NCBI GenBank assembly: GCA_963664225.1
Contig: OY760937.1
Location: 3,104,001 to 3,168,000 of the forward strand
DNA length: 64,000 bases
Source of the DNA: Verrucomicrobiia bacterium
Lineage (GTDB): Bacteria; Verrucomicrobiota; Verrucomicrobiia; Limisphaerales; UBA1319
Reading direction: 5' to 3'
The translations under genes were made by a program, and so were the position numbers. Positions 1 to 9,655 of the stretch are shown here, piece after piece (position 1 is the stretch's first letter; every line of letters begins with the position of its first letter). The notes below the pieces were generated by a model. It searched no databases. It was not told the origin of the DNA and was given only the letters and a program-made list of their open reading frames with translations.

Positions 1-2925
1 GAACGGGTGTTCAGCGATGCGTCGGTCAGCCCCTTCGACCAGGTGGAATGGGACAAACGGACCGCCGAAATCACCGATGACGGTGGCAAGTCCGTCTTCA
101 GGCAGGAAGGGGTGGAAGTGCCCAAGACCTGGTCCCAACTGGCAACCAAGGTTGTGGTGTCCAAGTATTTCTACGGCGAACAACACACGCCGGAACGCGA
201 AGTCTCGGTGCGTCAGTTGATCCACCGCGTCTGCCGGACGATTGCGGATTGGGGTATCAAGGACGGATATTTCAGCAAGGAAGAGGGCGAGATTTTCTAC
301 GACGAGCTTTGCTGGCTTTGCGTGAACCAATACGGGGCGTTTAACTCTCCCGTGTGGTTTAACGTGGGCCTTTTTCACCAATACCACGTTGGAAACACCT
401 CCGCGCTCGGTAATTGGTATTATGACCGGACCCAAAACGCGCCCGCGCGCGCCCGCACCCAATACGAGTATCCCCAGTGCAGCGCCTGCTTCATTCAGTC
501 CGTGGAGGACAACATGGAGTCGATCATGCACCTGGCCTACAGCGAGGCCATGCTGTTCAAGTTCGGCTCGGGCACCGGTTCGGATCTGTCCCCCATTCGC
601 AGCGCCCGGGAAAAACTCAGCGGCGGCGGACGCCCCAGCGGACCGCTTTCGTTCCTGAAAGTCTATGACCAGGTGGCCAATGTCGTGAAATCCGGTGGCA
701 AGACCCGTCGCGCCGCCAAGATGAACACGCTCAAGGACTGGCACGGCGACATCGAGGAATTCATTGACGCCAAGCAGATCGAGGAGAAGAAGGCCTGGGC
801 GCTCATCGAGCAGGGCTACGATGGTTCCTACAATGGCGCCGCCTATGGCAGTGTCATGTACCAGAACGAGAATCTCTCCGTGCGCGCCAGTGACGAATTC
901 ATGGAAGCGGCCCTCGCCAACAAGGAATGGTGGACCCGTTCCGTAACCAAGGGGACGCCGCTCGAAAAGAAGGACGCCGCCAAGCTCCTGCGCAAGATCG
1001 CGGAAGGCACCTACATCTGCGGCGATCCCGGCATGCAGTACGACGGCACGATTCAGCGCTGGCACACCTGCAAGGGCACCGCGCCGATTCACTCCACCAA
1101 TCCCTGCTCCGAATACGTGTTTCTCAATAACACCGCGTGCAATCTCGCCTCGCTCAACTTGATGAAGTTCAAGCGCGAGGATGGCGTGTTCGATGTGGAG
1201 CGTTTCAAGGCTGCCATCCGGCTGTTCATCACCGCGCAGGAAATCGTGGTCGATAACGCCACTTATCCCACGGCGGAAATTGCCGAGAACTCCCACATCT
1301 TCCGCACGCTGGGTCTGGGCTTCGCCAATCTGGGCTCCCTCATCATGAGCTACGGCTACGCCTACGATTCCAACGAGGGCCGGGCCATGGCCGGCGCCAT
1401 TGCAGCCATCATGACCGGTCATTCCTACGAGCAATCCGCCGTGATGTCCGGCGTCATGGGCCCGTTCAAGGGCTACAAGGATGCCCGTTGCAGCGGCGTT
1501 TCCAAGCCCCTGGCCCCGGATAACGTCGAGCCCATGCTGGATGTCATCCGGATGCACCGCGAGGCGGTGGAATCCATTCAGCCGAGCGAGGAGTTCAACT
1601 ACCTCAAGACCGAGGCCCGCAATTGCTGGACGCGTGCGCTGGACATGGGCCGCAAACACGGCTATCGCAACGCCCAGGTGACGGTTCTTGCCCCCACGGG
1701 AACCATCGCCTTCCTGATGGATTGCGATACCACCGGCATTGAACCGGACATCGCGCTGGTCAAATACAAACTCCTGGCCGGCGGCGGCATGCTCAAGATC
1801 GTCAACCGCACTGTGCCCGAGGGCCTGCGCCGCCTGGGTTATTCGGCCGAACAAATCAAGTCCATCGTGGCCTACATCGAAAAACGGGACACGATCGAGG
1901 ACGTGGTCGAAGATGGCAAGCTGGTTTCCAGCGGGCTCAAGCCTGAGCACCTGACGGTCTTCGACTGCGCATTCCGGGCCGCGCGTGGCAAACGCAGCAT
2001 CCATTACCTGGCGCACCTGCGCATGATGGGCGCGGCGCAGCCGTTCATCAGCGGCGCCATATCCAAGACGGTCAATCTGCCCAACGACTGCAGCGTGGAG
2101 GACATCCAGGACGCCTACGTGCAGGCCTGGAAAATGGGCCTCAAATGCGTGGCCATCTACCGTGACGGCTCCAAACGTTCCCAGCCGCTCAACACCTCCA
2201 AGACGGCCGACGCGGTCCCGCCTGAGACGGTGGCCACGTTGCAGAGCCAGATCAAAATCCTGGAGGCCACGATTGCCAAGATGCGCGAGAAACTCGGCAA
2301 ACCGCTTCGCCGTCGTCTGCCCGAGACCCGCACTGCCGTGACCCATAAGTTCGAGATCGCCGGCCACGAGGGCTACCTGACCGTCGGCATGTTTGAAAAC
2401 GGTCTGCCCGGCGAGTTGTTCATCACCATGGCCAAGGAAGGCTCCACCATCGGCGGTTTGATGGATTGCATCGCCACGCTCACCAGCCTGGCCCTCCAAT
2501 TCGGCGTGCCCCTGGACGCCCTGGTCCGCAAGTTCGCGCATCAGCGGTTCGAACCGTGGGGCTTTACCAAGAACCCGGACATCCGCAACGCCAGCTCGAT
2601 CATCGACTACGTGTTTCGCTGGATGGCCTTCCAGTTCATTCCCGGCTATCGCGCGGCCAATACGCTCACGGCGATCCAGCCCGAGTTGGCCATTCCCGGC
2701 CTGCAGGAGGAGATCAAGAAAAAGGTCAATCGCAGTGTCCCCGAATTGCCCGTGGCGGATGGCGACGACGAGGTGTCGGAAATAGCTGAGGTGACCTCGC
2801 TGGATGATGCGCACAAGCACTTCCAGGCGGACGCCCCCCCGTGCCCGGCCTGCGGCCACCTGACCATCCGCAACGGCGCCTGCTACAAGTGCCCGAACTG
2901 CGGCGAGAGCCTGGGATGCTCGTAG
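1..2925 (+). CDS. nrdJ: Adenosylcobalamin-dependent (class II) ribonucleotide reductase, 5'-partial
   Basis: FNSPVWFN, CSACFI, catalytic NPCSEY, VLAPTGTI and ISKTVN motifs; C-terminal TSCPD-like region and CPACG/CPNCG zinc ribbon. Frame is open back to base 1 (GAA CGG GTG), so the true start is upstream. Confidence 0.95.
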   Translation, partial: ERVFSDASVSPFDQVEWDKRTAEITDDGGKSVFRQEGVEVPKTWSQLATKVVVSKYFYGEQHTPEREVSVRQLIHRVCRTIADWGIKDGYFSKEEGEIFYDELCWLCVNQYGAFNSPVWFNVGLFHQYHVGNTSALGNWYYDRTQNAPARARTQYEYPQCSACFIQSVEDNMESIMHLAYSEAMLFKFGSGTGSDLSPIRSAREKLSGGGRPSGPLSFLKVYDQVANVVKSGGKTRRAAKMNTLKDWHGDIEEFIDAKQIEEKKAWALIEQGYDGSYNGAAYGSVMYQNENLSVRASDEFMEAALANKEWWTRSVTKGTPLEKKDAAKLLRKIAEGTYICGDPGMQYDGTIQRWHTCKGTAPIHSTNPCSEYVFLNNTACNLASLNLMKFKREDGVFDVERFKAAIRLFITAQEIVVDNATYPTAEIAENSHIFRTLGLGFANLGSLIMSYGYAYDSNEGRAMAGAIAAIMTGHSYEQSAVMSGVMGPFKGYKDARCSGVSKPLAPDNVEPMLDVIRMHREAVESIQPSEEFNYLKTEARNCWTRALDMGRKHGYRNAQVTVLAPTGTIAFLMDCDTTGIEPDIALVKYKLLAGGGMLKIVNRTVPEGLRRLGYSAEQIKSIVAYIEKRDTIEDVVEDGKLVSSGLKPEHLTVFDCAFRAARGKRSIHYLAHLRMMGAAQPFISGAISKTVNLPNDCSVEDIQDAYVQAWKMGLKCVAIYRDGSKRSQPLNTSKTADAVPPETVATLQSQIKILEATIAKMREKLGKPLRRRLPETRTAVTHKFEIAGHEGYLTVGMFENGLPGELFITMAKEGSTIGGLMDCIATLTSLALQFGVPLDALVRKFAHQRFEPWGFTKNPDIRNASSIIDYVFRWMAFQFIPGYRAANTLTAIQPELAIPGLQEEIKKKVNRSVPELPVADGDDEVSEIAEVTSLDDAHKHFQADAPPCPACGHLTIRNGACYKCPNCGESLGCS

Positions 2926-2931
2926 GATTTA

Positions 2932-3015
2932 GGATGTCGCACATCCGGGAACCATCCGCACAAGGTGGTTTTGGATATTGCAATGAGCTGCGCACGACTG
3001 GCGTGTTCAGCTCAT
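2932..3015 (+). terminator. Cluster of stem-loops after nrdJ, probable terminator
   Basis: ggatgt/acatcc, aaccatc/ggtggtt and atgagctg/cagctcat inverted repeats, followed by ctttc. Confidence 0.4.
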
Positions 3016-3035
3016 CTTTCGCTCTCTGAACCGCC

Positions 3036-3428
3036 ATGGTTTTAGTAGCGCTGGCTTTAATCGCACTCAGTGGCTGGACGTTCTATCGAATCGTCCGGGT
3101 CTTGCGCCATGGCGCAGCAGCGCCGGTCTGGTGGGCCGTGTTCGCGCTGTTCACGCTGGCTGGAGTGGTTCTTGGTATCTGGCTGGCATTCTCATTCGAG
3201 TACCAGGCGTCACCAAGAATGCGTATCGTGAGCTTCCCGCTTCCCATTGGGTTTTTCGCATGGGAAGAGGATCGGTGGACCGATTTCGTTACGCCGGAAT
3301 GGTACATGTATCCAGCGCTGGCGGCAAATGTATGCATCACAGCAACCGTTTGCGTTATACCGGTATTCACTGCCTTTCTACTCCGTCAACGCCAACACCG
3401 AAAGGACCTGCATGCAACTCCCATCTGA
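3036..3428 (+). CDS. Hypothetical membrane protein, possible gene-cassette ORF
   Basis: 130 aa with about 3 hydrophobic segments; AT-richer than flanking housekeeping genes; no recognised motif. Confidence 0.65.
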   Translation: MVLVALALIALSGWTFYRIVRVLRHGAAAPVWWAVFALFTLAGVVLGIWLAFSFEYQASPRMRIVSFPLPIGFFAWEEDRWTDFVTPEWYMYPALAANVCITATVCVIPVFTAFLLRQRQHRKDLHATPI

Positions 3429-3518
3429 CCACCGGCCTGCAATGAACGCCGCGAGGTGCTCTTTTTCTATTGAGCTTGTTTGTCACGGAACCAATAATAG
3501 TGAACTTTCGATAACATA

Positions 3519-3968
3519 ATGTTATACAAACGAGCCATAGTCCGGATCACTATTGCCTTGATTCTTGCCGTTGCAGCCTGGTTTCTCGGAGGTTTTTTGT
3601 TTACTCCGAAGATCGATTTGCAGAAGCACAAACCCATAGGTGACCAGCTCTGGTCGAGGATCGAGGCTTATCGCAGCGCTTCCGGGCATTTTCCCCGGTC
3701 TGAGGAGGAGCTTCTTGAGTCTAATGTATTTTCCAGCGCCGAACGACGGATGTTCCTGGATCGCAATTTTGGTCACCGTAAGTTTCATTACATCGTTCAG
3801 GAGCGGTATGGTCCGTCACTTACTTTGGATCACATGCCAGGAGCCTTGAGTGGCATTACAGTTTGGCGCGACAAAAACAAAGCTGAACCAGGCGGTACAG
3901 CATCCGGGAGTCAACCGTTTGGCGCAGAGACAAATGGCACATCCTCGCCAGTTGGCACCGGCCGCTGA
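3519..3968 (+). CDS. Hypothetical protein with N-terminal TM/signal segment; cassette ORF whose stop lies inside the attC site
   Basis: 149 aa; the tail AEPGGTASGSQPFGAETNGTSSPVGTGR is the translation of the attC sequence. Confidence 0.7.
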   Translation: MLYKRAIVRITIALILAVAAWFLGGFLFTPKIDLQKHKPIGDQLWSRIEAYRSASGHFPRSEEELLESNVFSSAERRMFLDRNFGHRKFHYIVQERYGPSLTLDHMPGALSGITVWRDKNKAEPGGTASGSQPFGAETNGTSSPVGTGR

Positions 3969-3983
3969 CCTTTCTCGTTAAGT
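3882..3983 (+). mobile_element. attC: Integron attC recombination site
   Basis: R'' GCTGAAC (3882-3888), 5-nt spacer, L'' GGT(A)CAGC (3894-3901) pairing with L' GCTGACC (3964-3970) with one extrahelical base, 6-nt spacer, R' GTTAAGT (3977-3983, GTTRRRY). Confidence 0.75.
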
Positions 3984-4041
3984 TAAAGGGCGATGCGTGG
4001 AGCCTTATCAGAATCGAACGTTCCAAAAAAGTTTTAGAATA

Positions 4042-4411
4042 ATGCGATTAAGCAACTACAAAGACGATTTGCTGGAACGGCTGAAAGATCCGGAGTACGC
4101 TGCTGCATATCTCGCGCAGGTAATGGAGGATGGAGATAAAAATGCGTTCTTGATCGCGCTCCGGGACGTTGTCGAAGCGGGCGGAGGCATGAGTGTCGAT
4201 TGCGGAGCATACGGACATCAAACGGCAAAGCCTTTACCGGATTCTTTCAAAAAATGGTCATCCCACATTGACCACTCTGCAGGATATTTTGAAACCTCTC
4301 GGTCTGCGTGTCATTGTGATACCTCTCGTTGTCTCTTCCAGACAACAAATTGGCAAAGGCCGACCTCGAACTTTGCGCAAAACATCAAAACCCAAGGCCG
4401 TAGGCATTTGA
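4042..4411 (+). pseudogene. Frameshifted addiction-module antidote (HTH antitoxin, HigA-like)
   Basis: MRLSNYKDDLLERLKDPEYAAAYL...FLIALRDVVEAGGGMSV in one frame; the HTH half IAEHTDIKRQSLYRILSKNGHPTLTTLQDILKPLGL continues in the next frame after one extra base near 4198. Confidence 0.8.
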
Positions 4412-4589
4412 AAAGTTGGAAACCCTTGGCGGGGTTTTCAGGCACTCTTCCTTTTGTTCACTCTGCCGTCTAAAGACGGGACTCCATACAGTGGAAGGCG
4501 CGGGTGGTGGGCGACGCCGAAGCAGTCGCCCGTGCTACGGATCAAGCCCGGCTTCATGATTTTCAGTTGTTGAATTGATTTGGATCACT

Positions 4590-5705
4590 TCACACCCAGG
4601 CGAGGCGATCCTTATTTCTGCGATAGAACAGGCCCACAAGGCGCATCCAGACGAAGAACAAATAGAGACTGATTCCCTCAGTGACAAAACGCATGACCCA
4701 TGCGAATAGCGAGCGGCGCGAGATAACGCCCGCACCCGGGTCCGGCTCGAAAAGCGAAGTTGCGAGATTGGACGCCCCAATGCCCAGGGCGAGCAACCCG
4801 GCCAGAAGCAGATAGTCCGGGAGATTTCTGAAGATGGAACGGATGATGAAAACGGGACTCAGCACCATCAGGGTGTCGGTTATCAGGAACGCCAGGATGG
4901 CCATTGGGAAGTAAAGGCAGGTGATTCCGTAAGCTGCGTAGAGCAAAATACCCGGTGTATTCTCGTTAAACCCGGAACAAAAATAGAAAAGGAAGACGGG
5001 ACCGAAGCAAAAGCAGGTGAGCACCGTGTAGCGCAAATAAAGCCCCACATTCTCGCGCCAATCGAGAGCCGTGAATGGCATGTTGGGGAGTTGATCCTGG
5101 CCATCGATGGTCGAGTGAATGATTTGCTGCAAGAGAATCACGAGGTAACAGCCAATGACCACGGTGATGATCAGGCTCACCAGGCCCAGGATGTTGGAGA
5201 TGCTCGACTGAACCAGTTCCATGAACAATACAGCGGCGATGTAAGCCAATGCATCGCCCCGGATAGGATACATGCAAGCGCCGGGCAACTCCTGGAAGAA
5301 GGATCGCGGCTCCGCGTATTCGACGGGTTGTGGACGGGAACGAGGCGTTGGCAGGGTTGCGGACGGAGGCGCGGATGGAGGCGGGGCCGGGACGCGCGGG
5401 ATGAATCGCTTTACCGGCGGCGTGTCCATCGTGATCCGGGCTACGCCCGCCTGGAATGTCTGGCCCGGGGCCAGGACGGCATGGCTCACCGATTCGTTGG
5501 CCAGCCAGGTGCCATTGGTGGAGCCCGCATCACGCACGATGACGCGCCCATCGGCATCCACCAGGATGTCGCAGTGATGCCGGGAAATCGTCGGGTGCTG
5601 GATGACGATTGAATTGGTGTCCGCCGTTCCGAGCGAGTATTCGCCGGAAGTCAAATCGACCCGGGTCTGAGGCGTGCCTTCACAATCGATGATCAGGGTT
5701 GTCAT
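4590..5705 (-). CDS. FHA-domain membrane protein
   Basis: N-terminal FHA (ISRHHC...DAGSTNGTW), Pro-rich linker, several TM helices; start placed at MTTLIID. Confidence 0.8.
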   Translation of the reverse strand: MTTLIIDCEGTPQTRVDLTSGEYSLGTADTNSIVIQHPTISRHHCDILVDADGRVIVRDAGSTNGTWLANESVSHAVLAPGQTFQAGVARITMDTPPVKRFIPRVPAPPPSAPPSATLPTPRSRPQPVEYAEPRSFFQELPGACMYPIRGDALAYIAAVLFMELVQSSISNILGLVSLIITVVIGCYLVILLQQIIHSTIDGQDQLPNMPFTALDWRENVGLYLRYTVLTCFCFGPVFLFYFCSGFNENTPGILLYAAYGITCLYFPMAILAFLITDTLMVLSPVFIIRSIFRNLPDYLLLAGLLALGIGASNLATSLFEPDPGAGVISRRSLFAWVMRFVTEGISLYLFFVWMRLVGLFYRRNKDRLAWV

Positions 5706-5855
5706 GCCATGGTTCAATACCCGGCGCCAAACCACGGGCGGAGTTCAGTGGTGCCGGAAATGGACGGACTGAATAATGACACCGCGTGCTGAAAAATCAA
5801 TTTGCATCTGTGGCAGAGCCAAAGACGCTGACGCCGCCCAGTGACTTGCCAGTCC

Positions 5856-5883
5856 TTGACAGCCCCCTGAGTCCGCCTATGGT
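5856..5883 (+). promoter_or_regulatory. Sigma70-like promoter for the S53 peptidase gene
   Basis: TTGACA-N16-TATGGT just upstream of the start codon. Confidence 0.5.
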
Positions 5884-5895
5884 TCCCATCAAATC

Positions 5896-8800
5896 ATGGA
5901 CATTCAAAATCACCGTCAAATGTCGCTCAACCACCTGTTTGGAAAGTTATCCCGGGGAATATGCGCGGCGATCTGCCTTTTGCTGGCGACGCACGTCCAT
6001 GCTGTGATTCGGCCGCCTATTGTACCCATTGCACCGATTGCAGGTCATGTGCCCGCGGTAGTGCCGGGCCTCAAGTCCGTGGGTCGCCTGCCGCAGACAA
6101 ACCATCTGCACCTGGTGATCGGATTGCCCTTGCGCAACCCGTCCACGCTGGAGGGTTTGATGACCGAACTACATGACCCGGGCAGTCCCAATTACCGCCA
6201 GTGGCTCACGCCGGGGCAATTCACCGAGAAATTCGGACCCACTGAGGAGGATTACCAAAAGGTGCTGGGTTTCGCCAAAGCCAATGGCCTGAAGGTCACC
6301 GGCCAGCATTCCGGTCGGATGATGGTCGAGGTGGACGCCCCTGTGGCGATTGTCGAACAGGCCTTTCACATCGCGCTGCATACTTACGCGCATCCGAAGG
6401 AAAACCGCCTTTTTTACGCCCCCGACACCAATCCAACGGTCGATACCGATCTTCCCATTCTACACATCAGCGGCTTGGATAACTACATCGTGCCCCATCG
6501 CCTTGGCGAATCGCTCAAACCCATTACGGCATCCACGACTTCCACGAATTCCACCAGCGGAGGTATCACGCCGTATGCCACTTCCATCATCAACGGAAAT
6601 TTCATTGGCAAGGACTTCCGTAACGCCTATGTGCCGGGAGTCACAAATACCGGCGCGGGACAGTATATCGCCATCGTGGATGTGGGCGGACCTTACTGGC
6701 CGTTGGATGTTTACATGTATGAGACCAATGCGGGTTACTCCACCAACATTGTCATCACAAACATTCTGTGCTCTGGAGGCACCGGCATTCCTGCCAGCAC
6801 CAATGTCGATGAAGGCGAACAGGTGCTGGACATCGACATGGCACTCTCGATGGCTCCCGATGCCGTCATTCTTAACTACGAAGGTGAGGCCCACGCCGTA
6901 TTCGGCCGCATCGCCAGTGATAACCTGGCCAAACAAATGACCCTGTCGTATGGCTTTGGAATCGACTCCACCATTCTCCAGATCTTTCAGCAATTCCTGG
7001 CCCAAGGACAGGCGCTCTGCCAGGCCTCCGGGGACGGCGGCGGCGATCCCAACGGCGGAACCGGGCTGACCGGCTCGCCCTATGCCACCATCGTGGGCGG
7101 GTCGCACCTGAGCATGAGCGCTGGCAAATGGGCCTCCGATGTGGTCTGGGGCGGCAGCGGCGGCGGCATTAGCGGCTATGGGATTCCCAACTGGCAGCTG
7201 GGCGTTGCAACCATTGCCAATCAAGGCTCGACGGTGTATCGCAACTATCCGGACGTCTCGATGCCCGCGGATTATATTTTCACCGTCTATAAACATGGTC
7301 AACTCGTGGGCGGCACCGGTGGCACGAGCGCTTCCTCGCCGCTGTGGGCCGGGTTCATGGCCCTGGCCAACCAGCAGGCCGCATCGCTCGGCAAGCCTGC
7401 CATCGGATTTCCGAACCCCGCCATTTATGCCATCGGCAAAGGTCCCAGCGCCACCTATACCAGGTGCTTCCATGATATTACTTCGGGCAACAGCGGGCGC
7501 TACACGGCCACCGCAGGTTACGACCTGAGCACGGGTTGGGGAACTCCCACCGGCAGCAACACCATTGCGGCATTAATCGGCACGGGCACGAACGACTTCA
7601 TGTTTTTCGCGTCCAGGGACTCACTCAGTTTCCTGCGCGGCACCACGGCCGCGAGCGCCTCCACTGCTTTGACAGTCACCCGCATGAATGGTTATTCCGG
7701 CAGCGCCACCTTTACCATCTCGGGTCTGCCGACTGGTGTGAGCGCCGCGTTCAGTCCGGTAACAACCTCCACCACCAGCACATTGACACTGACAGTAGTC
7801 AGCACCGCTCCGGCGGGCACCTTCACTTCCGTCATCACCGCAACCTCGGGCGAGCTCGTCCACTCCGTCAACCTGACCCTGACCATTGCAAATCCGATCC
7901 CCGGCACCACTCAAATCAGCCTGGCCTCTTACTATAACCGCACTGGTTTCTATACGGACGGACGCGCCTTCGGCACGGGCTTCGATGGAAGCTATGCGGC
8001 CATGTCGGCGACGCTGCTGGGTTCGTGGGTGGGCTGGAATGGCTGCGTTTTCAATCTCGGGCCTGCCAATGCTCCCGATGTGATCTACTGTGCCGGCCAG
8101 ACCATCCCGATTACTGGCGCCAACACCACCACCCTTCTGATGCTGGCCGCCGGTGTTAATGGCAACCAGCTATCCAATAAATTCGTCCTTACTTATACTG
8201 ATAATACTAAAGTCACCAATACACAAAGCTTCAGTGACTGGGCCAAAGCGAGTTACTTCCCCGGTGAATCCGTGGCCGTGGCGATGGCTTACCGCAATGT
8301 CCAGCAAGGCGCGCAGGAGACCGGCACCCCCGTCAACCTTGATGGTTACAGCTTTAATCTCAACCAGGCCAAAACCCTGAAGAGCATCACCCTACCCAAC
8401 AATGCGAACATCGTCATCGCAGCGATGGTGCTGGCCAATGATCCGGTCACCGTTTCGCTGGCGTCGCTTTATAATCGCGCCGGAATCTATTCTGATGGCA
8501 CCAACTTCAGCAACGGGGGAATCGACGGCAGCGGTTACGCGTATTCCGCAGCGCTGTTGGGAGGTTCATTCAACTGGACCAACACATCCTTCAGCCTTGG
8601 TCCCGCCAATACCTTGAATGTCATTAGCTGCGCCGGCCAGGTGGCCCCATTGCCCGCCGGCAACTTCTACAATCTGCGTATGCTCGCAACAGGAATTCAG
8701 GGTAATCAGACTTCGCAATCCTTTATAGTGAACTATACGGATGGTAGTAGCTCCACGTTTGTACAAAGCCTCAGCGACTGGTATTCGCCGCAGAACTACG

Positions 8801-9459
8801 CCGGAGAAAGCAAGGCGGTCGTCATGGGCTACCGCAACTCCAGCGGCGGCGGTAAGGACAGCCGCGTGTTTAATCTCTATGGTTATTCCTTCGCGCTCAA
8901 CAGCACCAAGACCGTGGCCAGCATCAGAATGCCGGGCAACGGCAACGTCATCGTTGCGGCAATCAGTTTGGTTCCCAACTGGCAGCCGCTCTTCAATGCC
9001 AGCACTTTCACCCTGGCGAGCATCATGGCCGGAAATCCTTTCACAGGATCCCTGACGACGAATGTTTACGATCTCAATGGTGGCGTCCTCACCTACTCCA
9101 AGGTCAGCGGTCCCGGCTGGCTGACCGTGCAGGGCAATGGCGTTCTCTCGGGTACGCCGCTTTCCGCGGACGTCGGCGACAATGGCTTTGTGGTCAGCGT
9201 CACGGATTCAGGCAACCTGTCGGGCACGGCCACGATGAACATCGCCGTAACGGCCGCGCCTCCGATCGTGTCGTCCATTTCACGGGACAGCACCAATTTG
9301 GTGGTTCAATGGACCGGCGGCATCGCGCCCTATCAGGTGCAGGTGGCGACAAACCTGTCAGTCACCCATTGGGACAACATCGGCGGTCCGATCGGCTCCA
9401 ACAGTTTCAACATCACACCCGACTTGTCCGAATCCTATTACCGGATCATGGGCCAATAA
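5896..9459 (+). CDS. Secreted S53 (sedolisin/kumamolisin) peptidase with pro-domain, tandem beta-rich repeats, Ig-like domain and C-terminal YYRI domain
   Basis: Signal peptide; pro-domain (DPGSPNYRQWLTPGQFTEKFGP); catalytic EQVLD, ASGDGG and GGTSASSP; Ca-site GYDLSTGWGTP. Confidence 0.9.
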   Translation: MDIQNHRQMSLNHLFGKLSRGICAAICLLLATHVHAVIRPPIVPIAPIAGHVPAVVPGLKSVGRLPQTNHLHLVIGLPLRNPSTLEGLMTELHDPGSPNYRQWLTPGQFTEKFGPTEEDYQKVLGFAKANGLKVTGQHSGRMMVEVDAPVAIVEQAFHIALHTYAHPKENRLFYAPDTNPTVDTDLPILHISGLDNYIVPHRLGESLKPITASTTSTNSTSGGITPYATSIINGNFIGKDFRNAYVPGVTNTGAGQYIAIVDVGGPYWPLDVYMYETNAGYSTNIVITNILCSGGTGIPASTNVDEGEQVLDIDMALSMAPDAVILNYEGEAHAVFGRIASDNLAKQMTLSYGFGIDSTILQIFQQFLAQGQALCQASGDGGGDPNGGTGLTGSPYATIVGGSHLSMSAGKWASDVVWGGSGGGISGYGIPNWQLGVATIANQGSTVYRNYPDVSMPADYIFTVYKHGQLVGGTGGTSASSPLWAGFMALANQQAASLGKPAIGFPNPAIYAIGKGPSATYTRCFHDITSGNSGRYTATAGYDLSTGWGTPTGSNTIAALIGTGTNDFMFFASRDSLSFLRGTTAASASTALTVTRMNGYSGSATFTISGLPTGVSAAFSPVTTSTTSTLTLTVVSTAPAGTFTSVITATSGELVHSVNLTLTIANPIPGTTQISLASYYNRTGFYTDGRAFGTGFDGSYAAMSATLLGSWVGWNGCVFNLGPANAPDVIYCAGQTIPITGANTTTLLMLAAGVNGNQLSNKFVLTYTDNTKVTNTQSFSDWAKASYFPGESVAVAMAYRNVQQGAQETGTPVNLDGYSFNLNQAKTLKSITLPNNANIVIAAMVLANDPVTVSLASLYNRAGIYSDGTNFSNGGIDGSGYAYSAALLGGSFNWTNTSFSLGPANTLNVISCAGQVAPLPAGNFYNLRMLATGIQGNQTSQSFIVNYTDGSSSTFVQSLSDWYSPQNYAGESKAVVMGYRNSSGGGKDSRVFNLYGYSFALNSTKTVASIRMPGNGNVIVAAISLVPNWQPLFNASTFTLASIMAGNPFTGSLTTNVYDLNGGVLTYSKVSGPGWLTVQGNGVLSGTPLSADVGDNGFVVSVTDSGNLSGTATMNIAVTAAPPIVSSISRDSTNLVVQWTGGIAPYQVQVATNLSVTHWDNIGGPIGSNSFNITPDLSESYYRIMGQ

Positions 9460-9655
9460 CCGGTTTGGCGAGCCTCCTGCGGATGGAAGCGATGGAGGAG
9501 CCGGTGATGCAACGGCGCCGATCAACTCACAAACACCCCAAAATCTGAAACGCCTCGGGAAAATGCGGGTAATTCTCGAAAATGACGTGATCATCGGATG
9601 TGCATTATTGCCCTCGAAGGAGGGTGCGCACTTTCTGCAATGATTTCATGACCTC

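Noticed and set aside
3997..4473. 158-aa ORF as an intact gene
   Set aside because: Only the middle part resembles the antitoxin. The HTH half is in another frame, so this ORF is a frameshift read-through.
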